Below, piece by piece: positions 59,186-64,000 of a DNA stretch of 64,000 bases. How positions within the stretch are numbered: position 1 is the stretch's first letter; every line of letters starts with the position of its first letter. Made by a program: the position numbers and the translations under genes. A model generated the notes under the pieces. It had not been told where the DNA came from. It searched no databases and saw only the letters and a program-made list of their open reading frames with translations. The stretch comes from Acidimicrobiia bacterium (lineage in GTDB: Bacteria; Actinomycetota; Acidimicrobiia; Spongiisociales; JAOTWH01): NCBI GenBank assembly GCA_036446035.1, contig JAZFSG010000078.1, forward strand, positions 2,674 through 66,673. Reading direction: 5' to 3'.

Positions 59186-61350
59186 CGCAACAGGCGCTCC
59201 AGTATCCGTCCGGCGAGGGACGGCCGCCTGCCGAGCTCGTGAGTCCTCACCAGTAGCAATGGGGCGTCGACACGATCACGGATGCTGTCTGCGAGGTCGG
59301 TAAGGAACCGGAATCGCGAACGGAGGGCTCCCATGATCACGAGATCGGCGCCACGCGACCGTTGCGCCAGTTCAGCAACGAGTGCGTCGCTCTGAGCGAT
59401 CTCACCAACGGTGGGGACCCCGACCACGGCACCGAGTTCCTCGTGGTAGGACCGCAGGGAGTGCACCTGGCGGCCGCTGGCATTGGCCGAGAGGACGTGC
59501 ACTAGTCGAATCGTTGCGTCTTCGGCGGCCGAGATGCGGCCCGCGATGTTGATCTTGATCGGATCGAGAGGTCCACCGGAACCAAGCACCACAACGTCGT
59601 CGATGTCACCGAGATACCGGCCGCCCAGGAAGGCGAAATCGCAGAGCACCCTGTCACCGAGCCATTCCATGTCTCCCGAGAAACTACGCTCCTCCGCGCC
59701 CAAATCGGTTAGCACCAGATCAACGGCGTTGTCTGTGACAGTTGCCTCCAGCTCGGCCCGGCGATGCCGACCGGCTATCCGAACGACCGAGATGTCAAGG
59801 CCCTCGCGAGTGGCTAACGCGGCGAGGCTCCGCTCAGGCTCGCGGTCTTCATCACCGCCTGCCGAGCGGGACACAACAGCGAACTGGATGGACGCCTGCT
59901 GTGCGGCAACGGTTGATGCCGCGCGCAACAGGTCACTCAGTCTCCGCTCGTTGGTGTTGGGTCGGACCGGAATCAGAATGCGACGCTTGCCTGGGCCAGA
60001 CAGCTCGTCACGTGACTCCAGCACCAGTCGTTTCATGGCCCTCACCCTGAGGGCATCCGACCAAGCGCTTTCGGGGTTGGTCCGGGAGCGAGCGAAGACG
60101 CGGTACCAGCCAACGCCAGCGACAACGATCAGCACTGCGCCGACGATGGGCACGACGCCCATCTGGCTCAGAAAGATGAGCGGGGCGACGATCCCAACAA
60201 TCTGTATCCACGGATAGAGAGGGCTCTTGAAAGCTGGGCGATACCAGTCGAGCCGGCTCTCTCTGAAAGCGATCAGAGCCACATTCTCCATGGCGAAGAC
60301 GAGAAGCAGAAAGGCCGACGCCAGTTTCGCCAGCTCGAGGATCGGGAAGACGATGATCAGGACAAGAAGCACGCTGCCGGTAAGCACCACCGAGGCGACC
60401 GGAGTTCCGCGCGGCCCGATGCGGCCGAGAGCGCTGGGGGCCAGTGCATTGCGCGCCATCGCCATCGGGTACCGCGATGACGCCAGGATTCCCGCGTTGG
60501 CCATCGAGAGGAGGGCAAGCACGGCGACAATGCTGATGGCGAACTCGGCACCGTTGCCGGCGACGGCTTTTGTGGCAAGGGCGACCGGCGTCGCGCTCTT
60601 GTCGAGATCGCTGGCTGGAGTGACCCCAACGATCACGAAGGCGATCGCCGGGTAGAGGAACAGCATGATCATGATGCTGGTGAGGATTCCCCGGGGAATG
60701 TTGCGAGCGGGTCGGCGGACCTCTTCGGCAATGCTGGCGATATTGGTGACTCCGGCGTAGGAAACGAACACGATCCCCGTCGCCGCCAAGAGCCCGCCAT
60801 AGCCCTTTGGCAGGAAGGGTTCGAAACGGTCGGTGTCGATGTCGCCGACACCAACGAACACGAAGATGGCAAGCGCGATGAGGACAGCGGACACGATCAC
60901 CGTCTGGAAACGCCCCGAGTGACGGACGCCGTACACGTTCACAACTATGAGGGCCGCACCAAGCCCAAGCGCGATCATCTTCACCGGGGCACCCTCGAAA
61001 CCGAGCTTGAGGTATTCGCTTAGCCCCTCAAGCGCGAACGCCGACTTGAAGACGAGAGAGAACCACACGCCGAAGCCGGCGATCGTTCCCAGCAACGGGC
61101 CCATGGCCCTGTCGATGTAGAGGTAGGTGCCGCCGGCGTGCGGCATCGCGGTGGCCATTTCCGACTTGCTCAAGGCGGCCGGCAGGACGATGAGCCCGGC
61201 GAGGGCATAAGCCACAACGATTGCCGGGCCGGCAACGGAGGCGGCCAATCCGGGGAGGACGAAGATGCCGCTTCCCACCATCGCACCGATGCTGATGGTG
61301 AGTACGGCGTATAACCCGAGGTCGCGCTTCAGATCCAGAGGCGGCTCCAA
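59182..61350 (-). CDS. APC-superfamily amino acid permease fused to C-terminal tandem USP-like domains
   Basis: About 12 TM N-terminal region (SIGAMVGSGIF...) plus a ~280-aa cytoplasmic region with two USP-like halves (ILIPV..., VVVLGSGG...VIMGA). Confidence 0.85.
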   Translation of the reverse strand: MEPPLDLKRDLGLYAVLTISIGAMVGSGIFVLPGLAASVAGPAIVVAYALAGLIVLPAALSKSEMATAMPHAGGTYLYIDRAMGPLLGTIAGFGVWFSLVFKSAFALEGLSEYLKLGFEGAPVKMIALGLGAALIVVNVYGVRHSGRFQTVIVSAVLIALAIFVFVGVGDIDTDRFEPFLPKGYGGLLAATGIVFVSYAGVTNIASIAEEVRRPARNIPRGILTSIMIMLFLYPAIAFVIVGVTPASDLDKSATPVALATKAVAGNGAEFAISIVAVLALLSMANAGILASSRYPMAMARNALAPSALGRIGPRGTPVASVVLTGSVLLVLIIVFPILELAKLASAFLLLVFAMENVALIAFRESRLDWYRPAFKSPLYPWIQIVGIVAPLIFLSQMGVVPIVGAVLIVVAGVGWYRVFARSRTNPESAWSDALRVRAMKRLVLESRDELSGPGKRRILIPVRPNTNERRLSDLLRAASTVAAQQASIQFAVVSRSAGGDEDREPERSLAALATREGLDISVVRIAGRHRRAELEATVTDNAVDLVLTDLGAEERSFSGDMEWLGDRVLCDFAFLGGRYLGDIDDVVVLGSGGPLDPIKINIAGRISAAEDATIRLVHVLSANASGRQVHSLRSYHEELGAVVGVPTVGEIAQSDALVAELAQRSRGADLVIMGALRSRFRFLTDLADSIRDRVDAPLLLVRTHELGRRPSLAGRILERLLR

Positions 61351-61407
61351 ATGGAGGATGTGATTGAAGGAGCCTAGAGGGGTGGCGCCTACGACACGGG
61401 TAGCGGC

Positions 61408-61905
61408 CTAGAAGTCGAAGGGGAACCCATGGACCTCAACGCCTTCCTTCCAGGTCGGCTGGTTCTCTCTCAGATCCATGAACATGTCGATGTGTCCAAG
61501 GATGTTGAACCCGGCTCGATGGAAGGCCCGGATGGCATCAACATTGCGAGCCACCGGCCGAATTGTGAGATGAGCAACACCTCTCGCCAGCGCCTCCCGG
61601 CGCAACTCCTCGAGCAACCTGGCACCGACACCGCGAGAACGGTGCTGCTCTGTGACAACGATGGGCTCAACCTCTGCCTCGCCGCCGTCAAGCAGCAACC
61701 CGGCCATGCCAACCACTTGCCCATCCACCTCGGCGAGCCAGATTCCTGCCAGGCGAGAGTCGGCCAGAAGGGAATCGAAATCAGCCGCCGGGTCGGAGCC
61801 GCCAATAGACGGCGACTCGTAGATGAGGCGGTGGCGCTCCGTGAGTTCCACCCACAGGGCACGGCACACCGCTTCGTCCGCTGGTCCGAACATCCGAATC
61901 GGCAC
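61408..61905 (-). CDS. GNAT family N-acetyltransferase
   Basis: Motif A, QHRSRGVGARLL. Confidence 0.85.
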   Translation of the reverse strand: MPIRMFGPADEAVCRALWVELTERHRLIYESPSIGGSDPAADFDSLLADSRLAGIWLAEVDGQVVGMAGLLLDGGEAEVEPIVVTEQHRSRGVGARLLEELRREALARGVAHLTIRPVARNVDAIRAFHRAGFNILGHIDMFMDLRENQPTWKEGVEVHGFPFDF

Positions 61906-61969
61906 GCCACGAAGGTAGCGGGCAATACAGCGGTGAATGGTGCCGCGGCAACCGCTGTGACGGGCCCGT

Positions 61970-62443
61970 CTAGCCGGCTACGACGCGGACTTCGCTCTGA
62001 GTTACCGGCTCGCTGACGGAAGTGGCAACGGCCTGTGACTGCTGCTTGACCTGCAAGAGAAGGGCGATGTATGCCGCTAGAACGGCGTCAACGATGAGGC
62101 TGGTGGAAAGCCATACCCAGCTACCCGTGTACAGCGCCATGCCCAGGGTGGCGACGGCAAGTATGCCGAGACCGATGAGGATCTGTCGGCGCCGTGCCTT
62201 GGCTCGTGAACGGCCCGCCTGCGCTTCGGCATTCACGGCTCGCACCGCTGCCAATTTGGCTGTCGATCGGGCAAAATTCTCCGTCGTGTTGATCGGCGCC
62301 TCACGTCGCGATGTCACGAGCGACGGTATGAGGAGTGCCGCCCAAACACCTGCCAGCAAGATGAAAAGGACGATTTCTATGATTCTGCCTCCGCTTGTTG
62401 GCGAGGGTATGCCCCTTGACGCGCGCCTACAAGTATTCAGCAA
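61970..62443 (-). CDS. membrane protein (3 TM), function unknown
   Basis: ORF track (TTG start). The start is doubtful; see the finding at 61970..62467. Confidence 0.45.
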   Translation of the reverse strand: MLNTCRRASRGIPSPTSGGRIIEIVLFILLAGVWAALLIPSLVTSRREAPINTTENFARSTAKLAAVRAVNAEAQAGRSRAKARRRQILIGLGILAVATLGMALYTGSWVWLSTSLIVDAVLAAYIALLLQVKQQSQAVATSVSEPVTQSEVRVVAG

Positions 62444-62679
62444 GCGCGAAAAGCGACACTGAGTCGCGAATTCAATCTAACTGTGCCTCGGAACCTCCGC
62501 CACTCTCACTCGGTGGTTACTGGCTACGAACCAGCCAGCACCGGCCGTCGCCACCGCCATGCCCGCTTCCGGACCCCAAGCAACAGCAGCAAGGAACGCC
62601 GCGACGCTGAGCCAAGGAACCACGTATCCGCCGCTGACGACCGGGGTTTCGAGCTCTTGCCCCAAGGAACGCCGTTGGC

Positions 62680-63258
62680 TCAGCCGACCCGGCGTTCCTT
62701 CCCCATCGCCAGTCGCCTGATGTTCTCGTGATGTCGGGCCAGGACAAGGAGAGCGATCGCCGCTGCCAGCACGAGGGACCACCCGCGTTCGCCCGCGATC
62801 GCCAGGGCCGGGACCCAGGCGACTGCAAGGATCAGAGAGCCCGCTGACGCCACCTTGGTGACCGCCAGCTGAGTGCCCCATAAGACCAGCGACCCAATCC
62901 CAACCCACGGGGACGTGACGAGAAATACCCCGATGGCCGTCGCCACACCCTTGCCGCCACCCAGGGGCCGCCACACCGGAAAACAGTGGCCGAGGACCGC
63001 AGCCAGCCCGGCGGCGTAGGCGACGGTGTCGGCGTCACCGAGCCACAGCCCAACGGCCGCCGCCAACGATCCCTTGGCGATGTCGCCGAGGACGGTGAGC
63101 AGAGCACGCTGCTTGCCGACGGTGCGGGCGACGTTGGCCGTGCCCGGATTGCCGCTTCCTACGGAGTAGATGTCGACACCGGCGAACCTGGGGACGATCA
63201 CGCCGAACAGCGCACTTCCCAGCAGGTATCCGACGACGACGGCTGCGAATGTTCCCAC
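62680..63258 (-). CDS. plsY: glycerol-3-phosphate acyltransferase PlsY
   Basis: Track ORF 62680..63606 trimmed to GTG 63258. GSGNPGTANV and FPVWRPLGGGKGVAT motifs. Confidence 0.85.
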   Translation of the reverse strand: MGTFAAVVVGYLLGSALFGVIVPRFAGVDIYSVGSGNPGTANVARTVGKQRALLTVLGDIAKGSLAAAVGLWLGDADTVAYAAGLAAVLGHCFPVWRPLGGGKGVATAIGVFLVTSPWVGIGSLVLWGTQLAVTKVASAGSLILAVAWVPALAIAGERGWSLVLAAAIALLVLARHHENIRRLAMGKERRVG

Positions 63259-63306
63259 TAAGTCGCGAATCTTAGGTTGTACGCTCCAGCCGCGACGAGG
63301 AGGTAG

Positions 63307-63960
63307 ATGGGCACCGAGTTTCCCCAGACCGACCGCACGGCCTTCGGGCGACTGCCGGAGCGCGGCTCGCACGATGTCGACGCGGCCTACGCAATCTTGG
63401 ACGAAGCCCTCTTCTGTCACGTCGGCTTCGTGTTCGACGGCAAGCCTGCCGTCATTCCCACCATCCACGCCAGGGACGGCGACCGCTTGGTGCTGCATGG
63501 TTCGGTGGCATCTCGCATGCTGCGCACCCTCAAACAGGGCGTTGAAGTTTGCGTTGTGGTGACGATCCTGGACGCGCTGGTCATGGCACGGTCGGCCTTC
63601 CATCACTCCATGAACTACCGATCAGTGGTTGTTTACGGCCAGGCCCGCCTTGTTGAAGACCTCGAGGACAAGCTCGCAGCGATGGCGGCGGTAACCGAGC
63701 ATGTCGCGCCGGGACGCTGGTCCGATGCTCGCCAGCCCAACCGCAAGGAGATACAGGCGACCATGATCATCGAGGTCCCGCTCGCCGAGGCTTCTGTGAA
63801 GATGAGGAGCGGTCCCCCTGAAGACGACGCCGAGGACATGGAGCTCGATGTCTGGGCCGGCCTCATCCCGGTGTCGACCGAGTTCGGAACGCCCATCGCC
63901 GCGCCCGACCTCATGGAATCGGTCGACCTCCCCGATTACCTCAGGGACTACACCCGCTAA
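63307..63960 (+). CDS. pyridoxamine 5'-phosphate oxidase family (Pyridox_ox_2-like) flavoprotein
   Basis: 217 aa. Split-barrel pattern (CHVGFVFDGKPAVIPTIHARDGDRLVLHGS). Confidence 0.75.
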   Translation: MGTEFPQTDRTAFGRLPERGSHDVDAAYAILDEALFCHVGFVFDGKPAVIPTIHARDGDRLVLHGSVASRMLRTLKQGVEVCVVVTILDALVMARSAFHHSMNYRSVVVYGQARLVEDLEDKLAAMAAVTEHVAPGRWSDARQPNRKEIQATMIIEVPLAEASVKMRSGPPEDDAEDMELDVWAGLIPVSTEFGTPIAAPDLMESVDLPDYLRDYTR

Positions 63961-64000
63961 CAGGTCTCTTCACCTGGCTCCCGGCATCGCTTACGTTGCG

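Noticed and set aside
62477-62974. 165-aa minus-strand ORF. Its last 48 codons (GTG at about 62623) could encode a two-helix hydrophobic peptide downstream of plsY.
   Set aside because: Most of the ORF overlaps plsY out of frame. The short tail has no RBS or recognisable family, so evidence is insufficient to call a gene. The CAAGGAACGCCG repeats and the GAACGCCG...CGGCGTTC hairpin at the plsY stop (about 62665..62695) are noted but uninterpreted.

Overview
High-GC (about 65%) chromosomal window with an actinobacterial gene repertoire. The phylum call (Actinomycetota, possibly Acidimicrobiia-like) is an inference from gene content. I support about 70 protein genes, 3 tRNAs, 1 SAM riboswitch and 1 frameshifted pseudogene. 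I found no rRNA, CRISPR array, transposase or integrase. Genes are tightly packed: many co-directional junctions are ATGA/GTGA start-stop overlaps, and four convergent pairs share overlapping stop codons.

Layout:
- 0-5.1 kb: a TetR gene translationally coupled to a bcrCBAD-order operon. It encodes a benzoyl-CoA-reductase / 2-hydroxyacyl-CoA-dehydratase family enzyme, followed by a small 4-Cys protein.
- 5.3-8.7 kb: a DevR/DosR-like dormancy module. It comprises the response regulator, USP and CBS-BON genes, with a divergent GAF kinase and PNPOx gene.
- 8.7-17.4 kb: a GNAT-plus-ADP-forming acyl-CoA synthetase (Pat-like), arsM/arsR, an ABC-F ATPase, and several small membrane proteins or lipoproteins.
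- 17.5-23.4 kb: the most unusual locus. It is an operon encoding a DUF4399-like lipoprotein, a polytopic PspC-domain protein with two CXXCH motifs, a polytopic GAF-PP2C-RsbW-like fusion, a STAS protein and an unrecognised 244-aa protein. No sigma factor is present.
- 23.5-28.7 kb: an AfsR/SARP-type regulator, a membrane protein and an atypical nucleoside-hydrolase-like lipoprotein.
- 28.9-51.4 kb: a long minus-strand housekeeping block with Bacillus-like order (rsmI, abrB-like, metG, tatD, rsmA, ispE, glmU, prs, L25, pth ... mfd, mazG, eno, ftsB).
- 51.5-55.1 kb: a SAM riboswitch and metH.
- 55.1-55.8 kb: an ArsR-family gene flanked by four TGTGA-N6-TCACA palindromes.
- 56.6-64 kb: tRNA-Ala with duplicated terminator hairpins, a DUF3179 lipoprotein, a squalene/phytoene-synthase homologue, an APC permease-USP fusion, GNAT, plsY and PNPOx.

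Several ORF-track entries are N-terminally over-extended or truncated. I re-called those starts from start-stop coupling, Shine-Dalgarno (SD) positions and conserved N-terminal motifs. Two housekeeping genes (pth and a pgsA-like gene) appear to need non-canonical start codons (CTG and ATC).
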